Positions 51,000 to 63,200 of a DNA stretch of 64,000 bases are shown one piece after another. The stretch is taken from assembly GCA_013115145.1 (NCBI GenBank), contig JAAPAO010000059.1, positions 1 to 64,000 of the forward strand. Direction: 5' to 3'. Position numbers and translations under genes: made by a program. Origin of the DNA: Perkinsus chesapeaki ATCC PRA-425 (taxonomy: Eukaryota > Protista > Perkinsozoa). Numbering within the stretch: position 1 is the stretch's first letter; the number at the start of each line of letters is the position of its first letter. Below the pieces are notes generated by a model, which saw only the letters and a program-made list of their open reading frames with translations, had not been told where the DNA came from and made no database searches.

Positions 51000-52437
51000 T
51001 TTGAGAATAAAGTATTAATATAGAATAACTACCAACAACACGTAGGGACACGAAAGGAAAATATGCCACATAAATGATTTTCTCAAGAAAGCAGGAGCCA
51101 TCAACCCAAACTCTTGAGAAGGGCCATGGTTAAAAGCTTACTAGCCACACAAGCTGTACATTTAGATGCATCGCGGGCCTCATGTATATCACACAAAGCT
51201 GTCTCCTAATTGAAATTCACGCTACAACAACGTTCCATTATGCGGTTCAAAGGCAAGGCCGCTCGTGTTAGATGCAGAGTAACCGGTTATGAAAAAACTA
51301 AAATGCTACAACCCGTCATCAGGTGGCAATTAGTTGGCAACCAGTGATCATGCCGGACGCCGTTGGACCTTGGACATCAGCTTCAGCAATCAACTGTAGC
51401 CTCTCAGTCCAAACTGTGGCATCTCTGATCATGTCGGGGGGCCGCTTGGCCACTTAGCTGTGCACGCATGCACAACTGCGGTTGCCCGATCTCGACCCTT
51501 TCGACGGAGGTTCTTTGGTTCGCCAAGGCACTTCTACATCTGCCGGTGGTTGTTTTATCTCGTGGTAAATGAGGGAGGCCACTCGTTGTGGGCAGCGCAA
51601 GATAACAACGGGTACAAGGGGGTTGATCTTAAGGTTACTTCAATTGACGCATGCGTGCCCGTGGAGGTTCGCTGCCACATTACGTGGATAGTTCCAATTG
51701 TGTTTATTGGAAGCGAGGGTCATCTACATTGTAGACTCTACAATGCAAATTCTGCATGAAAGAATCCCCTAGCTGGACCATACTCGCATTCCATTCGCTA
51801 GGAGGAAGGGGCCCGGATTCTGTTGCTGTTTGGGTGGACTGGCCTATCGGACTGGCTTATTCTTCGACCGAATTCCTCTTGGTCTAATTGCAAAGGCGTT
51901 TCTGTTATACCGACGCTACTTAACATCTGCAGCAGCAGCGCACCGTTCAAACGACATGTTTATGCTTTGTGATGATTAGAACATCCCAGCAGAGCTAGAA
52001 CACCATATTTCTAAATGAGTTTCCGGTTCCCCAATTCTATCCAAGATTGGAACCACCGGTTCATGATCCCATATAACTCTAACAGTGTTCAGCATTGTAA
52101 TGATCAACAGAGACTCAAACACAACTCTCTTGTTGGGTAGCACACATACCACCTAGAAAGGATGGCTGATATAATGTTCATAAACGAGATACACAGGTGA
52201 ACGTATCAGGTGTAATAGAGCAGCAACCTGGAATAATAGCACAGAAACAGGACGGATACTTCCGTTAGACATGCTAAGAAAGGTCAAGTACAGCCATTCA
52301 TAGCAAAGGTATTTGGCTATAACATACTTTAGTTTGCAGGCTGAATAAGATGAAGTGCCTTGCAAACTAAGAGAAATAAACACTGCAATGGCTATACAGC
52401 TTATCATCAGCACTCGCTGTATCATCGGTCTACTTAC

Positions 52438-52935
52438 TTAAGGGTGACCTCTGAAGATCGTGCGAACTGAATCATGCACGGACTTGCCTCCTGCGTGAGC
52501 AGCATTACGGACCGAATCTCCGGCAGCTCGAGCGGCGGTTCTGGTAGCTGTTGCATTGGTATTGGCACTCTGCGAGGCGTTCTCGGCACCAGGCACTGCA
52601 GACTCACGGGTGGCTTCAGCACCGCTCACGGCGGACTGACGGGCAGCTTCAGCACCGCTCACGGCGGACTGACGGGCAGCTTCAGCACCGCTCACGGCAG
52701 ATTGACGGGCAGCTTCAGCACCGCTCACGGCAGATTGACGGGCAGCTTCAGCACCGCTCACGGCAGACTGACGAGTAGCCTCGGCGGACTGACGAGCTGC
52801 CGCAGCGCTGTTGGTAGCGGCGGTACTCACCTGCGCGCTCGCATCAGTAGCAGCTTTTGCGACGTTCGCAGCCGAAGTGGTGACGTCTGTGGCGAGCTTG
52901 CCAACACCAGTCGTTAAGTCAGTAAGGAATCCCAT
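52438..52935 (-). CDS. 11-mer-repeat Ala-rich protein, family copy 3
   Basis: MGFLTDLTTGVGKLATDV, GAEAARQSAVS x4-5 (33-bp DNA repeat), and C-terminal VHDSVRTIFRGHP*. Confidence 0.85.
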   Translation of the reverse strand: MGFLTDLTTGVGKLATDVTTSAANVAKAATDASAQVSTAATNSAAAARQSAEATRQSAVSGAEAARQSAVSGAEAARQSAVSGAEAARQSAVSGAEAARQSAVSGAEATRESAVPGAENASQSANTNATATRTAARAAGDSVRNAAHAGGKSVHDSVRTIFRGHP

Positions 52936-53773
52936 ATTATTCTAACGGAAATAAATAATATCTAAGAGGTTTCTATCTATGCGAGAACTCTCCCTGCGAC
53001 TGAATACACCCATTTGAGCTAACAGCCCAGAAGCTTTGTGTGAAATGTCCCCCTGCGCCCAGCTAGCAGAGAAGTGTGCCGTACTTCACGCGCTACCTTA
53101 CAGATTCATGGGAACACTTTAGACCGCCCAATGCTTCTCTGCGGGCGGTGCTTTGGTACGTGCCGCTTCAAGCAGCCGGCTTGTCACAGTTCTCCCTGGA
53201 GAAGTCCACCACAGTACCAGCCGGACTATGTACCATCATGAGTCCCATCCTGAGTATTTTGTGTGTGGGTGCGCGTATCGTGTCACAAAACCGTAAGATA
53301 CCGTGATAGTACGGGGCGCATTAAATTCTTGTGAAAAGGGCACTTCACCCTTGAATAGCGAAACTTATTCAATCCATGTGGTCTAGAAGCAGATGAGGTT
53401 CATCACGACTGTGACCTCTTGTTGACGAGCACGGCTGTGTACTCGATACTCGAGTTGCATTTGGCATGGTAAAACAGGACGTTTCGCGCTTGAAGATTCG
53501 AGGTGTAGGTCTTTCAGTGGCCCCTGCTAACATATTTAAACAGCAAGATGGCCCGTGAGGGGAAGCTCACCTGAGTTAAGCGTCAGACTTCCACGTGCCA
53601 AGGAGGGGACAGACTTTGTGCAACGTTAGCGCAACTCGCCCGCCCAAGCGTTACACCGCAGACAAGTAACGGACAAGTAGCACCCGAGTACTTTTAACGG
53701 CTTGATCTGTTCCGAGCCTGTTTGCTACTTAGCCTTGGCGCCGAGTCAGAATTCTGTTTCCTTTTTGGTTGTC

Positions 53774-55348
53774 ATGCCTCGTCTTCTAGCGATCTGCGCC
53801 ATTGCGCTGAGCGTCGTTTCTGGTCTCACTCCAGTAGATCCCAATTACATGTGTACTACTGCCTGTGAGGCAACTTCAACTTGCGCGAACGATCCACATG
53901 CCCACGGCTCTTACTGCAAGTATTGGCTGAGCCCGCCCACCTGCTTTGGTTTTTATGTGCGTCCTGACGGCTCTCTATGTTATCAACCTAACGACCCTAC
54001 ATGTGATGACACCTCTCTGACGGCGCTTCCTTGTGGTGAAGTGCCTCCCGAGACCACCGAGTCCCCAATGGCAGGAGCAGACAGCAATCCGGATGGTGAC
54101 GAGATTGGAGGTGATGGTACCGAGCCGCCAGTTGGAACTACTGTGGGGATCACTGCTGAGCCTCCAGTCGAAACCACTGCTGAGGCTCCAGTCGAAACCA
54201 CTGCTGAGCCTCCAGTCGAAACTGCTGCTGAGCCTCCAGTCAGAACCACTGCTGGGCCACCAGTCGAAACCACTGCTGAGCCACCGGTTGAGACTACTGC
54301 TGAGCCTTCGGTTGAGACCACTGCTGAGCCCCCGGTTGAGACTACTGCTGAGCCACCAGTCGAAACCACTACCGGGCCTCCGGTTGAGACCACTGCTGAG
54401 CCTTCGGTTGAGACCACTGCTGAGCCTCCGGTTGAGACTACTGGTGAACCTCCTGTTGAGACCACTGGTGAACCTCTTGTTGAGACCACTGGTGAACCTC
54501 CTGTTGAGACCACTGGTGAACCTCCTGTTGAGACCACTGGTGAACCTCCTGTTGAGACCACTGGTGAACCTCCGNNNNNNNNNNNNNNNNNNNNNNNNNN
54601 NNNNNNNNNNNNNNNNNNNNNNNNNNNNNNNNNNNNNNNNNNNNNNNNNNNNNNNNNNNNNNNNNNNNNNNNNNCCACTGGTGAACCTCCTGTTGAGACC
54701 ACTGGTGAACCTCCTGTTGAGACCACTGGTGAACCTCCTGTTGAGACTACTCGTGAACCTCCGGTTGAGACCACTGCTAAACCTCCGGTTGAGACTACTG
54801 CTGAGCCCTCGGTTGAGACTACTGCTGAGCCTTCGGATGAGACCACGGCTGCACCACCAGTTGAGACCACGGCTGCACCACCAGTTGAGATCACTGCTGA
54901 GTCTCCGGTTGAGACCACTGCTGAGCCGCCGGTTGAGACTACTGGTGAACCTCCTGTTGAGACCACTGCTGGGCCACCAGTTGAGACCACTGCTGAGCCC
55001 CCGGTTGAGACCACTGGTGAACCTCCTGTTGAGACCACTGGTGAACCTCCGGTTGAGACTACTGCTGAGCCCTTGGTTGAGACCACTGGTGAACCTCCGG
55101 TTGAGACCATTGCTGAACCACCAGTTGAGACCACTGCTGAGCCCCCGGTTGAGACTACTGGTGAACCTCCTGTTGACCCCACTACTGCTGGGCCACCAGT
55201 TGAGACCACTGCTGAGCCTCCGGTTGAGACCACTGCTGAACCTCCGCTTGAGACTACTGGTGAACCTCCGGTTGAGACCACTGCTGAACCTCTGGTTGAG
55301 GCCACTACTGAGTCACCGGTGGGGAGCATTTCACTTCTTCGGCGTTGA
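53774..55348 (+). CDS. Secreted mucin-like protein: Cys-rich domain plus ETT(A/G)EPPV repeats, copy 1 (spans a gap)
   Basis: Signal peptide MPRLLAICAIALSVVSG, an 8-Cys domain containing GSYCKYW...CFG...C, and a 24-bp tandem array. Confidence 0.88.
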   Translation: MPRLLAICAIALSVVSGLTPVDPNYMCTTACEATSTCANDPHAHGSYCKYWLSPPTCFGFYVRPDGSLCYQPNDPTCDDTSLTALPCGEVPPETTESPMAGADSNPDGDEIGGDGTEPPVGTTVGITAEPPVETTAEAPVETTAEPPVETAAEPPVRTTAGPPVETTAEPPVETTAEPSVETTAEPPVETTAEPPVETTTGPPVETTAEPSVETTAEPPVETTGEPPVETTGEPLVETTGEPPVETTGEPPVETTGEPPVETTGEPPXXXXXXXXXXXXXXXXXXXXXXXXXXXXXXXXXXTGEPPVETTGEPPVETTGEPPVETTREPPVETTAKPPVETTAEPSVETTAEPSDETTAAPPVETTAAPPVEITAESPVETTAEPPVETTGEPPVETTAGPPVETTAEPPVETTGEPPVETTGEPPVETTAEPLVETTGEPPVETIAEPPVETTAEPPVETTGEPPVDPTTAGPPVETTAEPPVETTAEPPLETTGEPPVETTAEPLVEATTESPVGSISLLRR

Positions 55349-55637
55349 TAAACCGATACAACACATTTTCGGCTGAGCTCGGCGAGCCGCTGACTTTATT
55401 TTTAATTTCTTGAATGATAATCCACTATGTTTCAATTTGATCTCAATTGACCACTGTATGGTACAGTGAGAATTACCTCCTGCATGCCTCTCAATTCTTT
55501 GTTCTCACTAGTTGATCCAATATGTAGTTTCTAGAAGTTTATGGGACGCTGTGTTGGTAATCGGTATGGAAATCGGGTTTGCTCTGGTCTGTCACGTTTG
55601 CTCTTGGTTAGTTCATAGAATTCATTTATCTCTTTGC

Positions 55638-57355
55638 ATGTCACGCGTCGTCTTGAGGTTATTTCATTTCTCGACGCTATTTATTGGCAGCCAAAGCGCT
55701 ACGTGCTCCGATATGTGTGCCGGTCTCGACAGTTGCATTAACGACACGCAAAATCATGGTTCTTACTGCAAGTACTGGCAAAGCCCACCAGTGTGTTTCG
55801 GGATCTATATGAAAGCCGATGGTTCTCTCTGCTTTCACCCTAATGATCCCAGTTGTGACGATACACTGTTTGACCCTGTATACTGCGAGGAGAGCAGTAC
55901 AACATATGCTCCTATGGCTGGGGCAGATAGTGACGAGCTAACCGAGCTACCTGATGAGGGCGATAACGATTACTGGTCGACAGGAACAGCTCCGATGGAT
56001 GCAAATACGTCTGAGCCTACCAATGAGACATCTGCGGAAGTTCAGATCTATACTACGACGGAGTCGCCGGTTGGAACTACTCCTGGACCTTCGATTAAGA
56101 CAACTGCTACTGAGCCTCCTTTTGACACCACGGCTACTGGTTCTTTGGTCGACACCACGGTTGAACCTCTGGTTGAGACTACTGAACCTCCGGTTGACAC
56201 TTTTGTTGAGCCCCCAGCTGAGACTACTGCTGAGCCCCCGGTTGAGACCACTGTTGAACCTCCAGTTGAGACCACTGCTGAGCCCCCGGTTGAGACCACT
56301 GCTGAGCCTTCGGTTGAGACTACTGCTACTGAGCCTTCGGTTGAGACCACTGTTGAACCTCCGGTTGAGACTACTGATCCTCCAGCTGAGACTACTGCCG
56401 AGCCTTCGGTTGAAACTACTGTGCCTTCAGCTGAGACTACTGTCGAGCCTCCGGTTGAGACTACTGAGCCTCCAGCTGAGACAACTGCCGAGCCTCCGGT
56501 TGAAACTACTGCCGAGCCTCCAGCTGAGACTACTGCCGAGCCTTCGGTTGAAACTACTGTGCCTCCAGCTGAGACTACTGTCGAGCCCCCGGTTGAGACT
56601 ACTGATCCTCCGGCTGAGACTACTGCCGAGCCTCCGGTTGAGACTACCGCCGAGCCCCCAGTTGAAACTATTGTGCCTCCAGCTGAGACTACTGCCGAGC
56701 CTCCAGTTGAAACTATTGTGCCTCCAGCTGAGACTACTGCCGAGCCTCCGGTGGAGACCACTGTTGAACCTCCGGTTGAGACTACTGATCCTCCAGCTGA
56801 GACTACTGCCGAGTCTTCGGTTGAAACTACTGCCGAGCCTCCAGCTGAGACTACTGCCGAGTCTTCGGTTGAAACTACTGCCGAGCCTCCAGCTGAGACT
56901 ACTGCCGAGCCTCCGGTTGAGACTACTGAGCCTCCAGCTGAGACTACTGCCGAGCCTCCGGTTGAAACTACTGTGCCTCCAGCTGAGACTACTGCCGAGC
57001 CTTCNNNNNNNNNNNNNNNNNNNNNNNNNNNNNNNNNNNNNNNNNNNNNNNNNNNNNNNNNNNNNNNNNNNNNNNNNNNNNNNNNNNNNNNNNNNNNNNN
57101 CGGCCTCCAGCTGAGACTACTGCCGAGCCTCCGGTTGAAACTACTGTGCCTCCAGCTGAGACTACTGCCGAGCCTTCGGTTGAAACTACTGCTGAGCCTT
57201 CCGTCGATACATCAGGTGAACTTTCCATCGAAACTACGGTTGCTTCTAAGGTTGAAACAACCGAACCCTCTAAATCTACAATTGAGACGTTGCACCCTTC
57301 AGTTGATACAATAGTCTTACGTCCAGCTACCTCTACTATGCGAATTGTTTCCTAA
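55638..57355 (+). CDS. Secreted mucin-like protein: Cys-rich domain plus ETTxEPP repeats, copy 2 (spans a gap)
   Basis: MSRVVLRLFHFSTLFIG, the same domain (HGSYCKYWQSPPVCFGIY...CFHPNDPSCDD), and mixed 7/8-aa repeats. Confidence 0.85.
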
Positions 57356-57808
57356 CCATCATCACTAACGTATTAGTTTTTTCGACTCCTTCGACGTATA
57401 TAAGTATGAAGTTCGTGAACCTCAGGTGTGGTTCAATTCTATTCAATCGTACCGTCTGGCGCTTTGCTACTGAATATCCATTAGTTGTTGCGTTTAGTGT
57501 ACGCATGAACCAGATGTAATTAGCCGCTAGTCGTTTACGCACCGCAACATTCCTACATCACTCCAGCCAATAAACTCAGAGAGGCACGGCTAGGCTGGAA
57601 TGTCCTTTAAGCACCACTCTCAACAACTACTCTCGTGTCTTCCATTTTGAGCATAATACGCACTGTAGCGGTTGGACGGTCCAGCTCGTTCTCTAGGAGG
57701 AAGTATCGCCCGTGGAACGGTGGGGATAGTTAACGACTGGGGATACGAGAACTCAAGAGCAGCATGTTATTGGGTATCTTAGTCGAAACAATCTTAACAA
57801 AGCCTGAT

Positions 57809-58885
57809 CTAGTGCGGCTGAGGGGCTACAAGGCTCTGGTTGAACCACTTCTTGCCATACTGTACGATGGTAGATATCACGGGAAGAGAAGTTACTCTCC
57901 TGAAAGATATGCTCTGTCTCGAGCCTTGCCATGGTTGATTCAATCTTACTGTGTCTTCGAGTCCAATATGCCCCATGCTTCGTGATGATGGGCTGAGGAC
58001 CGTGGAGCTTGATACCTAAGTGGGGCCGCGGGGTTGGGGCACGACAGGGTTTCAGCGCGATGACTTGCCTTATCCGAAGAAGGCTCCAATATAGGAGGCA
58101 TGCCATGATTTCTCGGTAAGGCGTGAACAAGTTTATGATGTACTGGAAACCAAGCCCTGAAAGCACCATGCTTGAGAGGGCAGCGAGGAGAACTCTTACC
58201 AATTTCACATATGGTAGAAACACGCATGATCTCGGTCTCCCTCGACTTGAGCTTCAACCAGAACGGCTGGATCTTCATCCATACCGTGACGCCTGGGAAA
58301 AGCCTGGTGATCGCAAGGGAGGCGGCAACTTACCGGTGAGATGGGAGTTGGCAAAAGTACCGCAATACCAGAGAGAGCGCCGTATGATAACAAAGAGGCC
58401 GAAGAAGTTGGGAACGAAGGAGCCGGTTGTTAGGAGCACTAAAACACTTTTAGTATAAGCTAACATATCTTGCGGGATGACAACTATTACAGCTCATGAA
58501 TAGGAATGGGAAATCGGCGCCCAAAGTGACACGGCTCAGCCACAACTGGAAGGCCTGCATGCCGCTACGTATCTGAGGTCGACAGCTCCATAATAAAGTT
58601 TACGAGAGAGCGGTAGCTTACCGGTGGGAGACCATAGTTGGTCCAGATAGTATAGACGCAGACGAAAGCGCTTGATAGGAAGGTCATCCGGTAGAAAACC
58701 ACCGACGGTATCTTGGCTACATAAGCCTATGGGATAACATAGGTCAATAAGGCGGCGGGCAATATTACCACTAACGATATTATATAGAGTATAGCATTAG
58801 CAAGGACGAGCATGTGCAGTGAGAAGGCTACAGCGGCTGGGCTGGCTGCAGTAGCTTGGCCTGCTGCCGCTCCTGAGTTAGTCAT
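57809..58885 (-). CDS. TMEM33/Pom33-family ER/nuclear-envelope membrane protein, multi-exon; start uncertain
   Basis: Spliced reading YRMTFLSSAFVCVYTI, LWLSRVTLGADFPFLFMS, RSLWYCGTF, EIMRVSTICEIG, IMACLLYWSLLRIR and HEAWGILDSK follows the TMEM33 pattern. Confidence 0.65.
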
Positions 58886-59427
58886 TCCAAATGCCTACTG
58901 CTCCCACAGTACTACTACCTTGTGGCTGCTTCTTAAATCGCATATAAACTATATACCCAACAAGAGGGATGATCCACCACGGTATAGGCATCATAATGTA
59001 ACAAGTAAAGTCCTAACAGATCATCACCATACTTCCACTCACGCGAGAGTAAGGTCCGTCCCTCGCCAAAAAGGGCTATAGCGCGCGCCCGGGCGAGTCC
59101 GGCCTCAAAAAAAATGTACAGCGTTGCGTGTTAGAGACGTTGTTGGTATGAAGAGGTTTTTAGAGGCTGTAGATTAAGTTAGCAACTTAGTGGTTATATT
59201 AGAGAGATGAACCGGAGGGGTAGGGAGCCACTTAGCTTTTTCACGTCACGGGATGCCGGGGCTAGAAATTGTAATAATGTCTCTTAGAGTGAAAGGAAGC
59301 TTGTTATGTCAGGGGGTCGCTTAGGACCCCTCGGAAAGTCTTACTATCATTTTCAGCTCAAAAAATAACAAAGTTGTAGATTTGCTGTTCCCTATTGAAA
59401 TTTCTGTGTAGCCATCAGAGAGTGGCA

Positions 59428-60233
59428 TGATGCTAGATAAGCAGGATGATGCCTCGAGGGCCGCCGAAGTGGAGAGGAATTTCAATGCCTATTTGAGGAC
59501 CTCAATATTCGGCCGACACAAAAGTGGTTCTAGGACTCAGCTGTGAGGCGTTCATACCGACTTTTCCTCAGGTTCCACCCGAATGCGGCAGTCTCAGATA
59601 GAGAATCGACCAAGTCCGCCCAAGAGGGACGCCTGCAGCCATTCCCTTACCACTGTGTCGGCCCCTTGTACGCGGTTTACTGGACTCCTTGTTGAGGAGG
59701 ATACATCGTTCGCCGGCTTACCATTGAAGGCCAGGGTCGAGCGTCTGGCTGAATCATTGGGACATTTGAAACAAGCGCATAATGCAATGCAGAACCAGGT
59801 AATGTCGTTGGTGAAGGACGGGGCTTCCATAGCTCTCTGGCAATTACACTTGTCAGTCGATGCTCTCCGGGTGGTCAAGGCCCATGCCAGGTTCAGCAGA
59901 GTCTCGATAGGCTGAGGAGCGAGATGACGGACTCCGCCAACGACCTAGCCGAAGTAATGGAACGTGCATCAGGGCAGCTGCGGCAAAATGAGAGGTCGGC
60001 TGGCTCGATAATGGTGGTATGTGGCTTATGGCGCTTGTAGGGAGGCGATGGAGACTAAGTCTGTTTTGGAGGGGCATATAAGTAAGATGGAGATGGCACT
60101 GGCTCAACTTGGACGGTATGTGGAGGAGATCGCTGGAAGGCAAGAGGAAGTTGAGGCTACTGTGAGGGAATTGTCGGTATGGGTGCTTTAGTGGCCATGT
60201 TAGATACGGCAAGTTGAGCGAGAAGTTTACGGA
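59428..60233 (+). CDS. Hypothetical coiled-coil protein, multi-exon
   Basis: MLDKQDDASRAAEVERNFNAYL, ARVERLAESLGHLKQAHNAMQNQ|VQQSLDRLRSEM and ...IRQVEREVYG*. Confidence 0.5.
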
Positions 60234-60256
60234 TAGACCTACTTGTTTACTTTGAC

Positions 60257-63200
60257 ATGCACCATTATGATGATGCCTATGGGCGATTTACGAACGACTT
60301 GGTCAGCACTTGTGGTGTTATTAAGGCCCATTTTTATTGGATATTGTTGTTCAGCTCTTTTGTTCCTTCTGGTACCAATATCAGTTATATATGTCACTAC
60401 CATCACTGGCAGTATCCTATTCCCAGGAGAACTGGGCAGTCATGCTCGATGATGCCGACAGATACGCTGTCACGGTCATGTTCATGGTATTACTTGGCAA
60501 CATCGCCAAACTTATCAATTCGCCCTTACTCAGATTACTTTGGCGATATTTCTATTTATAATAGATGAGTTTCGCGGCACTCGCCCGAAGGCCTCCACAG
60601 CATTCATGCCGGTTTTCTATCCAGATGAGAGCATTCCATGGTAAGGGGCGTCTGATGGGGGGCATCGGGTCTGAGGGGCTGGATGCTCAGGGCCAAGCTC
60701 AACGACTACGAGTACTTCTCTGGCCTTTTCGGGCTCGGAATTCGGAAGTGGGCCATCTGGAAGTGGGCAACCGGAGCGATACGTCGCCGTCATGCTAAGT
60801 CCCACAAGAGTAGTAGCGGCGGGCAGCCAGTACGCTTGGCTTATTATTGAGACTATGCTTAGAGTCGACTGAGGAAGGGGAGGAGGTATCCTATCGTGAC
60901 ATGGACCTGCCTTGGGTCACGGTCGTTAATGCGTATATCGGATATTTGGTCCTGTTCTTGAAGGGCATCTTGAGGGAGTGCTTATGGACAGTGACCTTTA
61001 ATAAGAGGAAGAATGACAGTGAGAACTGGTGCCCGCAGTGGTGGAAGGAGTTCTATACTCAACACATGTAACATCATCTACGGTGATATTTCCTATTGGC
61101 AATGCTTAGGTACAGAAGGATCGAAGACTGTTGGAACAGGCCAATATGTTCGGCACCTGGGAGCACGATCGATGTAGCCGTTGCGGTCCTTCGTAGCACG
61201 AGTCAGCGCATGTGGCAGGTGTTGGTCCGTTCTCGTCCAAATGACATCCTCAAAAGGTTTGGGAAATTCCAGCCCACTGGTGAAGTTCAGAGAGGCTGCA
61301 TTAATCTGGCCTCATATAACTACCTGGGCTTCGGTGGTACCGACAAATACTGTAATAAAGATTGTTGAGCTTTGGACGTATCTTGAGGTCAACTTAAGGT
61401 ACTCCGTTGGCCATTAAGGCTCTGGACGAGTACGGCTTGGCTGTATGTGCCTCAAGGCCGGAGTATGGCGGTAAGTCCGGGCTGATTGGGGTGGGCTTGG
61501 TGGAATTGGTTTTGTTAGGAACTAATAGACTGCATAACGAGTTTGAGTCAAAGGTCGCGGCATTTTTGGGAAAGGAAGATGCCCTAGTTATGGGCATGGG
61601 TTTCGCCACTAACAGTAATGATAAGGGGGAGACGTGTGCACCGAGATCGCCATTAGGAGTATCTTAGGTTGATCCTAGGTCATCACATTCAGGTACTTTC
61701 CTTGGAGCCTTGGCTATGACTGAAGGTGGCTCTACTGCTAAGAAAGTACTACACTGCCTTTCACGGATGCTGTCGGGCACTCAGCTTTGAGTGGTATTTC
61801 AGACTCTTTTCGTTTCGGATCAACTGAACCACAAGTCAATCGTTGAGGGCGTTAAACAGAGTAGCGCCAAGGTCATCGGATTTAAGCATAATAATATGCA
61901 TGACCTTGAGAAAATTTTGGATAGAGAGACCCGTACTATGTGGTGGCAGCGTAGGTTCGTGGCATTGGCCGGGCAGGTTCGGGCAAATGGGCTAAGATCG
62001 TTATTATTGTTGAGGGTATTTATTCGATGGAGGGAGAGTTCTGCCGCTTGAGAGAGACTGTAAGGAAGAAGCAGCAGCAGCTACTGCTTGAATTTGGTTG
62101 TTATAATGCTGGCTGCTGTGGTAATCAGGTCTCCTTGAAAAACAAGTATAACTGTTACTTATGGCTTGATGAGGCTCACTCCATCGGAGCGGTCGGGCCT
62201 ACTGGACGTGGTATTACTGAACTTTTTGGCGTTGGTAGGCGCAGCGAAGCACTGGAGGTCCTCGACGGTTTAATTGGTTTATTAGATACTTCGGAGGTTG
62301 ATATTATGATGGGCACTTTTACTAAGTCGTTCGGTTCTAATGGCGGTTACATTGCCAGCACCAACGAGTGCATTCAGGTGCTGTCTGTTTGGGGAGGTTT
62401 ATCCGCCTATTCGGGAAGCTAGTCTTTCTCAGCACCTTCGCCGTTGTTCCTTGGGCTGGCTACATGGTGCTGCGATGCCGCCTATGGTAACAGCTCAGGC
62501 AATGGCCGCTCTAGATTTACTGTCTACTGAAAGGGGCAAGGCTAAGGTAGTGGCAGCTGGCTAGGGGGGGGAGGGAGACAGCTTTTGTGCAACAGTTACG
62601 TGCTGTACGAGAAAATGCCAACTACCTCCGTGAGGGTCTAATGAAGCTCAATTTACGTGTTATCGGCGATATCGATTCCCCTGTTATCTGCGTTATGCTG
62701 GTAATAGCTTGGATGGGTTACCTTCGTCTTTGTTATTATCACTGATAGGTTCATCCCGAGAAGATTGCTCGCTTCTCTAGGGAATGCCTGAAGAGGAACA
62801 TTGCGGCTGTTGTGGTAGGTCCATCATCCTGGCTTGGGCAGTGGGGAGCTTGCTCTGTGCCAGGTGGGGTACCCGGCAACACCAGTGATTCTGTCTCGAG
62901 CCAGATTTTGTGTGAGCGCCAGTCACACTAAGGAGCAGTTGGATGAGACACTCCGTGTCGTTAAAGAGGTCTCCCATATCGTCGGTAATTAGACCACTGG
63001 GACCCGGTCGTGTCGCTCGGTAGTTTCGGTCGCACTCGGGAAATTTTCTTTTGCAAATCGCCGCGGGGAGTGCGTTGGTTATCAACGCACTCATATCACT
63101 CATATCACGATATCACGCATATCGGGCAGTACTATGATGCTTCCTCGTGACTTCTCCCGTGTAGGAGTGCGAGTGACGTAAAAGGGTATATTGATTAACA

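Noticed and set aside
51400-52430. Short ORFs between 11-mer copies 2 and 3
   Set aside because: No recognisable motifs or consistent splice model, so treated as intergenic.
53983-57228. Long alternative-frame and antisense ORFs (VSTGGS, LRLLLS repeats)
   Set aside because: These are frame shadows of the stop-free 24-bp mucin repeat. Only the ETTAEPPV frame has a signal peptide and Cys domain.
59405-59420. Partial match (GTAGCCATC) to a Perkinsus/dinoflagellate spliced leader
   Set aside because: Only 9 nt match, with no full leader or Sm site.
60565-60798. ORF starting 3 nt after an upstream stop, suggesting operon-like coupling
   Set aside because: A different frame, joined by canonical introns, gives a more coherent continuous SPT N-terminus.
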